A DNA stretch of 64,000 nucleotides from an uncultured virus (IMG/VR IMGVR_UViG_3300025530_000412). Lineage: Duplodnaviria > Heunggongvirae > Uroviricota > Caudoviricetes. The translations under genes were made by a program, and so were the position numbers. The notes beneath the pieces were generated by a model. It was not told the origin of the DNA and searched no databases. It saw only the letters and a list, made by a program, of their open reading frames with translations. This document shows positions 34,552 to 46,400 of this stretch, one piece after another. Position 1 is the first letter of the stretch; the number at the start of each line of letters is the position of its first letter. The DNA is taken from the IMG/VR virus record IMGVR_UViG_3300025530_000412, one strand, 5' to 3'.

Positions 34552-35346
34552 GTGTTTAATATTTCAATTGAACCTATTTTAGAGAGTGATGATTATGAAT
34601 TATACAATGAAGATTGTTTGACAATATTTAGTTATCTTCCTGATGAATCATTTAATATGGTTCTTGCCGATCCACCATATTATAAAATAACAAAGAAAAG
34701 ATGGTCTTCGTCAACACCAAAAGACATAAAATATGAATGGGATCATCAGTGGAAAACCAAAGAAGAATATTTGAATTGGTGTAAAAAATGGATATCGGAA
34801 AGTATTCGTATACTTAAAGAGGGTGGTTCTTTATACATATGGTCTGGTGTTGGTGAGAAAGAAATAATGGCAGCAAGAATTGCTTGTATGATTGAAGATG
34901 AATTTCCTAAGTTAAAAAGAAAAAATTGGATTACAATGAAAAATCAACGTGGATTCGGAACACAAAAAAATTGGATGTCTACAAGACAAGAATTACTTTT
35001 CTATATTAAAGGAAATGAAAAAACACAATATTATTTTAAGCCACTTTATGTTCTTGACGGAAGTGTTAATAGACTTAAACAACCAAAAAGAGTGACAAAT
35101 GTTTGGACAGATATTAATGAGGTTGCCCTTTACAATAATTATATTCACCCTTCTGAAAAACCAATGGATGCTTGTGACAGAATAATTTTAGCTTCAACAC
35201 AAGAAGGAGACAATATTTTTGTTCCATTTGCAGGAAGTGGTAACGAAATGACATCAGCAATAAAAAATAAAAGAAAAGTTATTGGTTGTGAAATAGATGA
35301 GGAATATTGTTTAAAAATAAAAGATAAAATATTGAAATTAATATAA
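34552..35346 (+). CDS. Beta-class N4/N6 DNA methyltransferase
   Basis: EDCL, ADPPY, HPSEKP, PFAGSG, GCEID; palindromes at 34512 and 35344 flank it. Confidence 0.9.
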   Translation: MFNISIEPILESDDYELYNEDCLTIFSYLPDESFNMVLADPPYYKITKKRWSSSTPKDIKYEWDHQWKTKEEYLNWCKKWISESIRILKEGGSLYIWSGVGEKEIMAARIACMIEDEFPKLKRKNWITMKNQRGFGTQKNWMSTRQELLFYIKGNEKTQYYFKPLYVLDGSVNRLKQPKRVTNVWTDINEVALYNNYIHPSEKPMDACDRIILASTQEGDNIFVPFAGSGNEMTSAIKNKRKVIGCEIDEEYCLKIKDKILKLI

Positions 35347-37165
35347 AATCAAATTTTTATCGCGGTTTTGAAAGGAGATCTGTATGCCAAATTTATTGGA
35401 ACATTACATTATAGAAATCATTTCTGAAGAGCCATATACTGCTGACTGGACTAAACAATTTGAAGATAATTTCATAAAATATGTTGTTATTGCAGATTGT
35501 TATGGGAATGTAGAAAAGTATGAGTCTGTTGTAAGCGAAAAAGAATGGACAAAAATTAAAGAGCAAGGTTATTTTTGGGGATAAATCATTGTTATAAAAA
35601 TAATAAGATTATATATTAAGGGGGAAGAAAAATGGAAAAATATATTTGTAAAATCGATGGATCGGAATTTACTACTCAGGAAGATTTAATAAATTATATT
35701 AAAGACGAATATATTGATATTGTAACTACAGAAGAAAATAAAGATGGACTTAGTATTGAGAAAATTTATAAAGCATTTAAAAAAGAATTACCAGACTATG
35801 TAGATATTAAGGTAAAAACAGACCATGATAACGGTGGTTTTCTAGTAAATATGAATTCTCCAATTCATAACTTTACATGTTTAATTGGAGAAGGTGATTG
35901 GGATTATTATTACTATCGATTTATAGATTTAAATGAAGCTATTGAGCATTATAAGAATTTCTTTTCTGTTGCCCAAGAGATTGTTGGAAGAATATTTGAT
36001 CAATATGGTTTGCAATTAGAAGTGTGTGGATTGAAGGAATCGGCAGGAGAAGATGAAGCAGAAATAATTTTTAAGTTTGATTTTAATGGTGAGGAAGAAA
36101 TTGTAACATATGAATTTAATGGAGTAGATGAATTTGTACATAGTTTTAAGCAATACACAAGTAATGTATTGGAGGGTGAATTAGAAATAGTCAAAAGGCA
36201 ATATTATAATGAATATAAAATTGGTGGAATACCTATTGACGCATTTGCAAAAAGGAGTAAAAGAGTTAGATTAGAGATTTTAGAGTGATAGTAGTCAAAT
36301 TTATTTCTGTTTTTCTCCCTCTATCTCTATTTTTCTCTGTTTTACTAATTATTAAAATCCGATAAAAGAAGAGTTTTATAAAGTTTGGAGGTGATAAAAT
36401 GAATATTAAGAAAGTAATTATTAACCAAATTCCTACTGATGAAAACGGATTTCCTTTGCTTCCAATGGAGACGATTGAACATATACATAATAGTATGAAA
36501 GAAACATTAAAAGAGGGTGGTATATTGGTTGTATCTACTCCATTTAAGTACGAAATTATTGATTTATAAAATTACACTTTTTAATGTAAGGGAAGTGATG
36601 ATTTTGAATTTTATCATTAAACAAGATTTTGAACCAATGAGTATTTATGCTCCAGAAGGAACAAAGGTTAAATTTATGAATGAAAATGGTTTTGATCGAG
36701 AAAAGGAATATGCAAATAAAATTCTTGATAAGAATCAAATTTACACGGTAGATCGTGTGGAAGTTGGAGGATGGGTATCATACGTTTATCTAAAAGAATT
36801 TCCCAATGAAGCATTTAACACTGTCATGTTCAAGGAAGTGTGAATATGATTCCTAGAGAGAAAAATCTGTTGTTAGGTTTAATAATTATTTTTTTGATTT
36901 GTGTTCCTTGGTGGATAGGAATTGTGCAAATCATTTCATGGTTGTATCAATTATTTAAACATTAAACATAAAATATAAATATCTTGACATTGTAAATATA
37001 ATATAGTAGTATTATTCATGAAACCCTTAAGCAACCTCATTTAATGAGTTGATATAGATATACTTTAAATAAAGGAGTGATATTGTGGTACGATCACCAC
37101 CTATAAAAAATAAATGAAGTAGACATCTTATAAAATAAAATATAAAAAGGAGAGATAGTAAATTT

Positions 37166-38086
37166 ATGACAGAAGAAAATAAAACTACTTTACGACAAGC
37201 AGAAAATTTTGTATTAATTGAAGGTACACTTTTGGAAAATCGCCTAGAAGAAAAAGAAGTAAATGGAAAAGAAGCTATTACTGGCGAAATGGATATTGAA
37301 GTAAGAGAAAATGAAGTACATACAGTATCATTCTTTACATATAAATACAAAAATGATGGAACGGAAAACAGCATTTATAAAGGTTTAAAAACTGCCATGA
37401 ACGAGTATAAATCTGTGGCTTCTAATGGTAGAGAAGAAGCTGATAGGGTTCGTGTTACTGGTGGCAGCATTCGACTAAATGAATATTATGGTCAAGACGA
37501 TCAATTGCGTTCAATTCCACAAATTCAATCCAATTTTATTACTCGAATTCGCGCAGATGAGGAATTTAATCCAAGGGCAGAATTTGATGTTGAAATTGTT
37601 GTAAAAAGTGTTAGTCCAGAATATAAAAATGATGAAGAAACTGGTCGCGCAATTGTAAAAGCTTATATTGTTCTTTATGAGGGTAAAGTTATTCCCTTTG
37701 ACTTTGTTGTAGATAAAGATGGAGCAGATTTTGTAAGTGAAAATTATGAACCCGGAGTAACGGCAAGGGTATATGGCGATATCATCAATTATAAAGAGGT
37801 AAAAGAAGAAGAAAAACCCGTAGCATTTGGTAAGCCTCAAAAGAAAGTTACGACAAAAACTGTTAGAGAATATTTGATTACAGGTGGATCTGAACCTTAC
37901 GATGAAGATGATCCTAAAGCATATGATAAAGAAGTAATCAAAAAAGCCTTGACTGAAAGAGAAGTTTGGTTGGAGCAATTAAAAAATAAAAAGAATGAAG
38001 ATAAGAAAAAGGATAATAAACCGAAAAAAGGATTTGATACTAAAAAGGATAAGAAAAGGATTTCTGATGAAGAGTTGCCGTTTTGA
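37166..38086 (+). CDS. Single-stranded DNA-binding protein (SPbeta YorF-like)
   Basis: LRQAENFVLIEG; acidic C-terminus DEELPF; heads the replication block. Confidence 0.75.
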   Translation: MTEENKTTLRQAENFVLIEGTLLENRLEEKEVNGKEAITGEMDIEVRENEVHTVSFFTYKYKNDGTENSIYKGLKTAMNEYKSVASNGREEADRVRVTGGSIRLNEYYGQDDQLRSIPQIQSNFITRIRADEEFNPRAEFDVEIVVKSVSPEYKNDEETGRAIVKAYIVLYEGKVIPFDFVVDKDGADFVSENYEPGVTARVYGDIINYKEVKEEEKPVAFGKPQKKVTTKTVREYLITGGSEPYDEDDPKAYDKEVIKKALTEREVWLEQLKNKKNEDKKKDNKPKKGFDTKKDKKRISDEELPF

Positions 38087-38171
38087 AATATGTATGCTTG
38101 GTTTTAATTAAAATTATATGGATGGGAGATGTAAAATCTCTCATCCAATTTAATAATAGGGAGGTAAAACT

Positions 38172-39167
38172 TTGGAAACATTCGATATTTTTTCGCCGCA
38201 AATTTCTCAAATTGCTGAAGGTCTTGAAGGAAAAATGATTTTGGTTTATGGAAATAACTCCACCGGAAAAACAAAACAAGGCACCAGAATGAAAAAACCT
38301 TTTTATCTCGGATTTGAACAAGGAATTCGTGCCATTTCTGGCGTTCCGTTTTTACCAATCAACAATTGGCGTGATTTTAAAAAGATTAATAAACAATTGA
38401 CCGATCCAAAAACATTAGCTAAAGCTAAAGAATTATATCAAACAATTATTTTTGATGAAGTTTATACAGCATCTCAATATTGTCAGGATTATATTTGTAA
38501 AAAATATGGTGTAGAAACTATTGGTGAAGGTAACAATGGTTACGGTTTATGGAAAGAGTACGAAAAAGAATTTTGGACTGAATTAGACCGTTTAATGAAA
38601 GCTGGATATACACTATACTTTATCGGTCATGCCGAATATTCAAAAGAAGAAGGAAAAATTGTTCCTAAAGGCGACGTTCGCAGTATGAAGGTTGTTCGCA
38701 ATAACGCTGATATTGTGGTATATCTAACATCTAATGGCGTGGATGAAAATGGTAAAGTAATTTTGTCTTCTGCTTGGTTTGCTGAAACAGATAAATTTTT
38801 TGCAAGGTCAAGATTTGATTATATTGATACATATCTTGAAACTTTTACTGCTGAAAATCTTGAAAAAGTTGTAATTGAAGCAATTCGTAAACAAGAAGAG
38901 GCAGAAGGTATTAAAGCTGTATCATTTGAGGAGCAGAAAAAATTATTTGAATCAGAAGAATTAGATTATGATGAATTAATGAACGAAATTAAAGAAGTGG
39001 GAGCAAAACTAACTGAACTTGATAAACTTGAAGAATTGACAGAAATTGTTGAAAAGCATTTAGGTATTGGAGCGAAAGTTACACAATGTACAAAAAATCA
39101 AGTTCAAGTTATGGCTGTTATTTTGGATGAAATAAAGGAATTACTCGAAGAAGCAGAACAAGAATAA
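38172..39167 (+). CDS. AAA ATPase (YorG/Sak4-like)
   Basis: YGNNSTGKT, IIFDE, FIGH, FARSRF. Confidence 0.8.
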   Translation: METFDIFSPQISQIAEGLEGKMILVYGNNSTGKTKQGTRMKKPFYLGFEQGIRAISGVPFLPINNWRDFKKINKQLTDPKTLAKAKELYQTIIFDEVYTASQYCQDYICKKYGVETIGEGNNGYGLWKEYEKEFWTELDRLMKAGYTLYFIGHAEYSKEEGKIVPKGDVRSMKVVRNNADIVVYLTSNGVDENGKVILSSAWFAETDKFFARSRFDYIDTYLETFTAENLEKVVIEAIRKQEEAEGIKAVSFEEQKKLFESEELDYDELMNEIKEVGAKLTELDKLEELTEIVEKHLGIGAKVTQCTKNQVQVMAVILDEIKELLEEAEQE

Positions 39168-39225
39168 AATATTTATATATGGGAGAGTTATTAACTCTCC
39201 CTTTTCACAAAGCAGGTGAATATTA

Positions 39226-39726
39226 TTGAAAGTATCAAACAAAATTGTCACATGTCCATATTGCAAAGAACAATTAAATAAAGAAGATGCAGTTATACAT
39301 AAAAGAAGATATTATCACTCTGAATGTTTAGAACAAAAAGAAAAAGAAGAAGAAGAGAAAAGGCGTGAATCTGAAGATTATAAAGAATTAATTAATTATA
39401 TTTGTCAGTTATATAATTTAGACGCTCCAACTGGCATGATCTTGAAACAAATAAAAGAGTTTCGTGAAGAATATGGATACAAATTACAAGGAATAAAGCT
39501 ATCATTACAATATTTTTATGAAATTCAAGGCAACCCTGTATTGGATGATGTGGGTATTGGAATCGTGCCTTTTGTGTATGAAGAAGCGAAAAGGCATTAT
39601 ATAACCAGATTGAATGTGGAAAGAAGTTTAGAAAATTACAAGAAGAATGATATTCAGCATGTCTATGTTGATTTAAATAGAAAAAAGACTAAACACAAAA
39701 ATTTAATTGATATTTCGTCACTATAA
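39226..39726 (+). CDS. Zn-binding replication protein (YorH-like)
   Basis: CPYC..YYHSEC, GIGIVPFVYEEA; position upstream of the helicase. Confidence 0.6.
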   Translation: MKVSNKIVTCPYCKEQLNKEDAVIHKRRYYHSECLEQKEKEEEEKRRESEDYKELINYICQLYNLDAPTGMILKQIKEFREEYGYKLQGIKLSLQYFYEIQGNPVLDDVGIGIVPFVYEEAKRHYITRLNVERSLENYKKNDIQHVYVDLNRKKTKHKNLIDISSL

Positions 39727-39736
39727 GGGATGTGAT

Positions 39737-41251
39737 ATGTTGATTCAGGATAAAAATTCGATCATTCAAGTGTTGGGGTGTTTATTGCAAAAGCCATCCT
39801 TATTAGGTCAAGCATTTAATTATAATTTAACGAAAGACGATTTTCCAGAAACCTTTCATAAAATTATATTTGCAGCAATTAATAATTTGTATCAAAATGG
39901 TACGGAAAAAATAGATGCTGCGGAGATTGACGGATTTCTTTCTAATTATGAAATTCAATATAAAATATTTAATGATAATAATGGCATAGAATATTTGTAC
40001 CAAATTCAAGAATTAAGCCAACTTGAAAATTTTGATTATTATTATAATCGATTGAAAAAATACAGTTTTCTTAGAGCGTGCAAACAAAAAGGGATTGATA
40101 TTAGTGATATTTATAAAGAAGATTTAATTGATCCTAGAGAAGAAGAAAAAATGCAGGAGCAATTTGATCAATACAGTTTAGATGAACTAATAAAAATCAT
40201 TGAAACAAAAATTATTGATTTAAAAGAACAATTTAAAACAAATAAAAACTCTAATGGAATTCAGGGGGCAGATGGTATTGAAGAATTAATTGAGGAATTA
40301 AGAAAAAATCCTGATTTTGGTGCTCCTTTGTGTAGTAAGTATTTAAACACAATTACAAGAGGAGCAAGGAAAAGTAAATATTATTTACGATCAAGTATTA
40401 CTGGTGGAGGAAAAACAAGATTGGCATTAGCTGATTTATTAAATATTTGCATTGATGAAATTTATGACGTAGAAAAAGGGCAATGGGTTTATAATGGAGC
40501 GAAGCAGAGAGGATTATTTATTACAACTGAATTAAATTTTGATGAGATTCAGACACCAAGCATTGCTTTTATTAGCAGTATTCCAGAGGATGTAATTCTC
40601 AGCGGTAAATTAACTGAAGACGAACATAAAAGAGTAAAGAGAGCAATTGATATATTTAAAAATTCTTATGTATGGATTGAATACTTACCCGATTTTGATT
40701 TAGAAGATATAGAAAATGTAATTGAAAAGCATGTTTTAATTAATGGTGTAGAATACGTTGTATTCGACTACATTCATAGTTCAGTAAAATTATTGTCATC
40801 ATTGACTTCAAAAAGCAAAATTAATAATATGCGAGAAGATCAAATTTTATTATTAATGTCAAGCAGACTTAAGGATATTTGTAATCGACACAACATTTGG
40901 TTGTTGAGTGGAACTCAGTTAAACGCAGATTGGAAAAATAGTCAAGATTCAAATGCTATTAGAGGTGCTAAAAGTATTATTGATAAAGCAGATGTAGCTA
41001 TGATCACACTTCCAGTAACTAAAAAGGATCTTGATGCTCTTGAACCAATTATTCGTAATGGTTTTTCTAGAAAACCAAATATGGTAACGACAATATATAA
41101 AATGAGAAGAGGTAAATACAATAATGTGAAACTATGGCAATTTGTTAACTTGGGAACCCTTAGAAGTGAAGATTGTTTTGTTACATATGAAGATTATACT
41201 TTAGTTGATATTAAACCAACAGAAATAAAAACTAGAAAATTTGACTTTTAG
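39737..41251 (+). CDS. DnaB-like replicative helicase (YorI-like)
   Basis: TGGGKTR, FITTE, VFDYIH, TQLN, IDKAD. Confidence 0.88.
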   Translation: MLIQDKNSIIQVLGCLLQKPSLLGQAFNYNLTKDDFPETFHKIIFAAINNLYQNGTEKIDAAEIDGFLSNYEIQYKIFNDNNGIEYLYQIQELSQLENFDYYYNRLKKYSFLRACKQKGIDISDIYKEDLIDPREEEKMQEQFDQYSLDELIKIIETKIIDLKEQFKTNKNSNGIQGADGIEELIEELRKNPDFGAPLCSKYLNTITRGARKSKYYLRSSITGGGKTRLALADLLNICIDEIYDVEKGQWVYNGAKQRGLFITTELNFDEIQTPSIAFISSIPEDVILSGKLTEDEHKRVKRAIDIFKNSYVWIEYLPDFDLEDIENVIEKHVLINGVEYVVFDYIHSSVKLLSSLTSKSKINNMREDQILLLMSSRLKDICNRHNIWLLSGTQLNADWKNSQDSNAIRGAKSIIDKADVAMITLPVTKKDLDALEPIIRNGFSRKPNMVTTIYKMRRGKYNNVKLWQFVNLGTLRSEDCFVTYEDYTLVDIKPTEIKTRKFDF

Positions 41252-41254
41252 GGG

Positions 41255-42370
41255 GTGGAACCCCATTTGATAATTGATAAAGACCAGATCAAAAATGAAT
41301 TGACACTTGAAAATATTAAAAACATATTGTTGGATTTAGGTGGTGGAGAACCTAAAGAAGACAGAGAAGGTAATTTGATTTTTATAACTTGTTGTCATGG
41401 CGGAAGTAAACATAAACTGTATTACTACAAAGACAGTAAGATGTTTCGTTGTTACACAGATTGCTCAGAATCATTTGATATATACGAACTGGTTATTAGA
41501 TCCAAGCATCAACAAGGATATAATTACAATTTTTTTGATGCAATAAGATACATATCGGAATTAACAGGATTAAATCTTGTCTATGATAGATCAAGAAGAT
41601 ATCGATTCGGTGAAGATAATTATAAAATTGATGATTGGCAATGGCTGAATAGATTTAAGAGAAAAGAAAAAATTAAGATTGATTTGCCAGTTTACGATGA
41701 AAAAGTGTTGAATGTGTTTTTGCCGTATGCTTATGAACCATGGGAAGAAGAAGGAATTAGCCTAAAAACTCAAAGAGACTTTGGTATAAGATATTATGTT
41801 AAAAACGATAGCGTTATTATTCCTCATTATGATATAAATAATAATCTTATTGGAATTAGGCAACGAAACACAAGACAAGAAGAATTGAAAGAAGGGCGAA
41901 AATATACACCAGTCATTGTTGAAGGGAAACAATACAATCATCCACTTGGAATGAATTTGTATGGTTTAAATATTACAAAAAAAACTATAAGAAAGATTAA
42001 AAAGATATTATTGTTTGAAGGCGAAAAAAGTTGCATGAAAGCATCTGATTTATATGGTGATATGAATTTTACTGTTGCAGTATGTTCAAACAATATTACA
42101 AATTTTCAAAGAGACATAATATTATCGTTGAATGTAGAAGAAGTATTTATTGCTTTTGATAAATATGGAGAAGATGATGATGAAGAAAAAATATTAATGT
42201 ATAAAGAAAGATTATTGAAGTTTGCAAAGATGTTTACACCATATTGTAAAACATATATTATTTGGGATGATGAAGGATTGCTTGATTTTAAAGATTCACC
42301 GATTGATAAAGGGAAAAAAGTGTTAGAAAAATTGATGAAAAATAAATATGAGATTGGGACAGTGGGATAA
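41255..42370 (+). CDS. DNA primase (YorJ-like)
   Basis: TCCHGG..KLYYY..FRCYTDC Zn domain; TOPRIM FEGEKS, IAFD. Confidence 0.85.
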   Translation: MEPHLIIDKDQIKNELTLENIKNILLDLGGGEPKEDREGNLIFITCCHGGSKHKLYYYKDSKMFRCYTDCSESFDIYELVIRSKHQQGYNYNFFDAIRYISELTGLNLVYDRSRRYRFGEDNYKIDDWQWLNRFKRKEKIKIDLPVYDEKVLNVFLPYAYEPWEEEGISLKTQRDFGIRYYVKNDSVIIPHYDINNNLIGIRQRNTRQEELKEGRKYTPVIVEGKQYNHPLGMNLYGLNITKKTIRKIKKILLFEGEKSCMKASDLYGDMNFTVAVCSNNITNFQRDIILSLNVEEVFIAFDKYGEDDDEEKILMYKERLLKFAKMFTPYCKTYIIWDDEGLLDFKDSPIDKGKKVLEKLMKNKYEIGTVG

Positions 42371-42387
42371 ATAAGAGGTGAAGTTAA

Positions 42388-44871
42388 ATGTCATATTTTT
42401 CAGTACATAACCATAGCATGTTTTCAAATTTAAGATTGTTGGATTCTATAAATAGACCAGAAGAAATTATTGAATATGCTAATAGTATTGGATTGAAAGG
42501 TATTTGTCTTTCAGATCATGAATGTTTGTCTGGACATGTTAAATTCATAAAAGCTTTTAAAAAATTGATGAAAGAAAATAAATTAAATAATAATTTTAAA
42601 ATAGGATTGGGAAATGAAATTTATCTTGTTAGAGAAGAAACTTTAGATGAATTAAAAGAAAACTACAAAAACAAGAATCCAGACACTAAGTTTTATCATT
42701 TTCTTCTCATTGCAGTAAATAAATCTGGATATGAACAATTAAAAATATTGAGTAGTATGGCATGGGAATCAATGTTCTCAGCTTCACGTATGGAACGTGT
42801 TCCCACATTTAAATCTAATTTAAAGAGGGTTATAAAAAAAGGAGATGTTATTGCTACATCTAGTTGTTTGGGTGGGGAGCTACCCCAAATGATTTTGAGG
42901 TGGTTGGAAGCAGAAAAAGAAAAGAATGAAAAAAATATAAAATATTATAAAACACAAATAAATGATTTTATTAATTTTTGTATTGATACATTTGGTAAGG
43001 ATAATTTCTTTTTAGAAATTCAACCCTCAAGTAACCAAGAACAAAAAATTGTGAACAGAAAACTTGTAGACTTATCAAAAATTTATAACGTTGACTATAT
43101 TGTTGCAACTGATGGTCATTATTTAAAGAAAGAAGATCGTTATGCACATAAAGTTTATTTGCAAAGTCAAGAGGGAGAAAGAGAAGTAGATGATTTTTAT
43201 GATGCAACTTATATTATGAGTGAAAACGAAATGCGAGATTTTTTATCAGATCATCTTACTAATGACGAAATAAATATAGCATTACAAAACACATTAAAAA
43301 TTTATGATAAGATTGAGTTTTTCGATTTAAAACAAAATGTAGTTATTCCACATGCTAAGATTGAAAAATTTGAAGTTAATCATATATTTAAACCTGTATA
43401 TAATAAGTTTGAGTACATTGAAAAATATGCAAACAGTGAATATGAAATAGACAGATATTATTTTTATTTGATAGAAGAAGGTTTTAAGAAAAGAATTGAT
43501 AAATCAAAATTAACCAAAGAATATTTTTATAAAATATTGGATCGAATTAATACTGAACTTAAAGAATTATGGTTAATTTCTGAGAAACTTGGAGATAGAA
43601 TAAGTTCATATTATGTGCTTACTAAACAAGTTGTTGATACAGCATGGGATAAAGGAGATTCTATTATTGGAGTTTCGAGAGGGTCGGCTGCTGGATTTTT
43701 AACTAATTACTTATTAGGTATTATTCAACTTAATCCTCTCGATTATAATTTGCCTCATTTTCGACATTTAACTGCTGAGAGGCCAGAATTGCCAGATATT
43801 GATATTGATTCTCAGCAAAATAGAAGACAACAAATACTACAAGCATTAAAAGAAACATTTGGTGAAAGACAAGTATTAAATATTTGTACATTTGGTACTG
43901 AGGGAAGTCGTAGTGCATTGCTTTCTGCCTGTCGTGGGATGGGGATTGATGTAGATGAAGCTCAATATATGACTTCACTTATCAAATCTGAAAGAGGACA
44001 AAACTGGCCTTTGTCAGATTGTTATTTTGGAAATGAAGAAAAAAATAGAGAACCTATTAAAGAATTAGTTGAAGCAGTTGAAAAATATGATGGGTTAAAA
44101 GAAATATCTCTAAAAATTGAAAATCTAGTGAATAAAAGATCAGTTCATGCATCTGGATTATATATCTATAATGATGATTTCACAAAATATAATGCAATGA
44201 TGAGAGCATCAAGTGGTCAACCGATCACACAGTTTGATATGGAAGATAGTGAATACATGGGTAATCTTAAAATTGACATGCTAACCGTCCAAGCGTTAGA
44301 CCGAATAAGAAAAACAATGGATTTATTAATTGAAGATGGATATATGGAATGGCAAGGAAGTTTGAGAGAAACTTATGATAAATATTTGCATCCCAATGTA
44401 TTAGAATATAATGATAAAGAAATGTGGACGAAAGTAAGTAGAAATGAAATAATTGATTTATTTCAATTTGATACTCCAGTTGGATTAGAATGCGCTAAAA
44501 AAGTAAAACCATCAAGTGTATTGGAATTGGCCGTTGCCAATTCATTAATGAGATTGATGTCAGAAGATGGAGAGCAACCTGTAGATAAATATATTAAACA
44601 TAAAAATAATCCAGAAATTTGGATTGAAGAGATGAAATCATATGGCTTAACTGATGAGGAAATTGCAATACTAAGAGAACATTTAGATGAAGTATATGGA
44701 GTGTCAGAATCACAAGAAGGAATTATGCTTTTGGCTATGGATAAGAGAATTGCAAACTTTTCTATTCAAGATGCCAATAAGCTTAGAAAAGGTATTGCCA
44801 AAAAGAAAGAGGAAGTTATTAAAGAAGTAAAAGAATTATTTTTTGCTAAGGGGTTAAAAAATGGCTCGTAA
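42388..44871 (+). CDS. dnaE: DNA polymerase III alpha, N-terminal part (PHP + polymerase)
   Basis: HNHS, SDH, RGSAAG, PDIDID, HASG, KIDML. Confidence 0.92.
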   Translation: MSYFSVHNHSMFSNLRLLDSINRPEEIIEYANSIGLKGICLSDHECLSGHVKFIKAFKKLMKENKLNNNFKIGLGNEIYLVREETLDELKENYKNKNPDTKFYHFLLIAVNKSGYEQLKILSSMAWESMFSASRMERVPTFKSNLKRVIKKGDVIATSSCLGGELPQMILRWLEAEKEKNEKNIKYYKTQINDFINFCIDTFGKDNFFLEIQPSSNQEQKIVNRKLVDLSKIYNVDYIVATDGHYLKKEDRYAHKVYLQSQEGEREVDDFYDATYIMSENEMRDFLSDHLTNDEINIALQNTLKIYDKIEFFDLKQNVVIPHAKIEKFEVNHIFKPVYNKFEYIEKYANSEYEIDRYYFYLIEEGFKKRIDKSKLTKEYFYKILDRINTELKELWLISEKLGDRISSYYVLTKQVVDTAWDKGDSIIGVSRGSAAGFLTNYLLGIIQLNPLDYNLPHFRHLTAERPELPDIDIDSQQNRRQQILQALKETFGERQVLNICTFGTEGSRSALLSACRGMGIDVDEAQYMTSLIKSERGQNWPLSDCYFGNEEKNREPIKELVEAVEKYDGLKEISLKIENLVNKRSVHASGLYIYNDDFTKYNAMMRASSGQPITQFDMEDSEYMGNLKIDMLTVQALDRIRKTMDLLIEDGYMEWQGSLRETYDKYLHPNVLEYNDKEMWTKVSRNEIIDLFQFDTPVGLECAKKVKPSSVLELAVANSLMRLMSEDGEQPVDKYIKHKNNPEIWIEEMKSYGLTDEEIAILREHLDEVYGVSESQEGIMLLAMDKRIANFSIQDANKLRKGIAKKKEEVIKEVKELFFAKGLKNGS

Positions 44872-46297
44872 GGAATTGCTTGAATATGTTTGGAATACTC
44901 AAATAATACCACAAATAGGTTATTCTTTTAGTCGCTTACACAGTACAGGTTATTCTTTGATTGCATTACAAGAAATGAATTTGGCACATTTATATCCACC
45001 TATATATTGGCAAGCCGCTTGTTTGGCTATTCAAGCAGGAGCAGATGAAGACAATGAAAACAATAAAGGAACTGATTATGGGAAAATTGCAACTGCAATA
45101 GGAAATATGCAACAACGTGGAATTAAAGTAACATTACCAGATATCAATAAAGCTGGATTTGGCTTTACTCCCGATCCACAAAATAATGCAATTATTTTTG
45201 GATTAAAAGGCATTAATGGAATAAATGATGATCTTTGTAAAATCATCATCGAAAATCGTCCTTACACTTCATTCATGGACTTTTACAATCGAATGGTTAA
45301 AACTAAAATAGTTAAACATTCGCAAATGATTCAACTTATTAAAGCTGGATGCTTCGATTCATTGTCACCTGATCGAGTTGAAACAATGCGACAATATTTG
45401 AAACTAACTATTGAACCCAAAACTAAACTTTCACTTGCCAACTTTAAATCAATCATTGAACACGGTATTGTACCAGAAAAGTATAAATTATATGTAAGAT
45501 TCTTTAGATATAAAGATTACATATCAAAAAATGTATATAAAACAATTGATAAACCAAAAGATCGCTTACTGTTGTTAGATGATATTGCTACACAATTTTA
45601 TCATCAACATTTTAGTGAAGAACCAATTGTAGATGTTGTAAATGGAAATTTGGTTATATCAGAAAAGAAATTCAAAAAAGAGTATGACGAAAAAATGGAA
45701 GTAATTAAAGAGTGGTTACAATCTGATGAGTTACTTAAAGAATATAACGATGCAATTTTTCAAGAAGCGTGGGACACTTATGCTTATGGAAGCATTAGTT
45801 CCTGGGAAATGGAATCTGTCTGTTATTATTCTAGTTCTCACGAATTGATCAATGTAAATAATGAGAAATATGGCATTGTCAATTTCTTTGATCTGTCAGA
45901 AGAACCCAAACCAATTAGATTATATGAATGGAAGGGTAGACAAATTCCGGAATATGAATTGTATCGTATTGCAGGAACCGTATTAGATAAGGATAAGATA
46001 AGACACACTGTTTCATTATTAACGGTATATGGAGTTGTGACTGTTAAGTTTAATCCAACTCAATTTGCATTTTATGATCGTTCATTGTCTGAAGTGGAAA
46101 ATGGCAAAAAGAACGTGGTAGAAGGATCATGGTTTAAGCGTGGTAATAAATTGCTAGTAACAGGATTTAGACGAGAAAATCAATTTATTGCAAAAAGATA
46201 TAAAGATTCTGTGTACACTCATACACTTGTTTTGATTGAAGATGTAAAAGAAAATGGTGATTTAGTATTAAAATTGGAACGTGAACAAGTGGGTTAA
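44861..46297 (+). CDS. dnaE: DNA polymerase III alpha, C-terminal part (HhH/OB) in a different frame
   Basis: GYSFSRLHSTGY, LPDIN, FGLKGINGI, LIKAGCFD. Confidence 0.88.
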   Translation: MARKELLEYVWNTQIIPQIGYSFSRLHSTGYSLIALQEMNLAHLYPPIYWQAACLAIQAGADEDNENNKGTDYGKIATAIGNMQQRGIKVTLPDINKAGFGFTPDPQNNAIIFGLKGINGINDDLCKIIIENRPYTSFMDFYNRMVKTKIVKHSQMIQLIKAGCFDSLSPDRVETMRQYLKLTIEPKTKLSLANFKSIIEHGIVPEKYKLYVRFFRYKDYISKNVYKTIDKPKDRLLLLDDIATQFYHQHFSEEPIVDVVNGNLVISEKKFKKEYDEKMEVIKEWLQSDELLKEYNDAIFQEAWDTYAYGSISSWEMESVCYYSSSHELINVNNEKYGIVNFFDLSEEPKPIRLYEWKGRQIPEYELYRIAGTVLDKDKIRHTVSLLTVYGVVTVKFNPTQFAFYDRSLSEVENGKKNVVEGSWFKRGNKLLVTGFRRENQFIAKRYKDSVYTHTLVLIEDVKENGDLVLKLEREQVG

Positions 46298-46400
46298 TTC
46301 ACTCACTTGTTCACATTAAAAATAAAATATAAAAAAACTTGAATTATATAATATGATGTGTTATATTAAAAGAGTAACCAAAAGATTGAGGTGATAGGCA

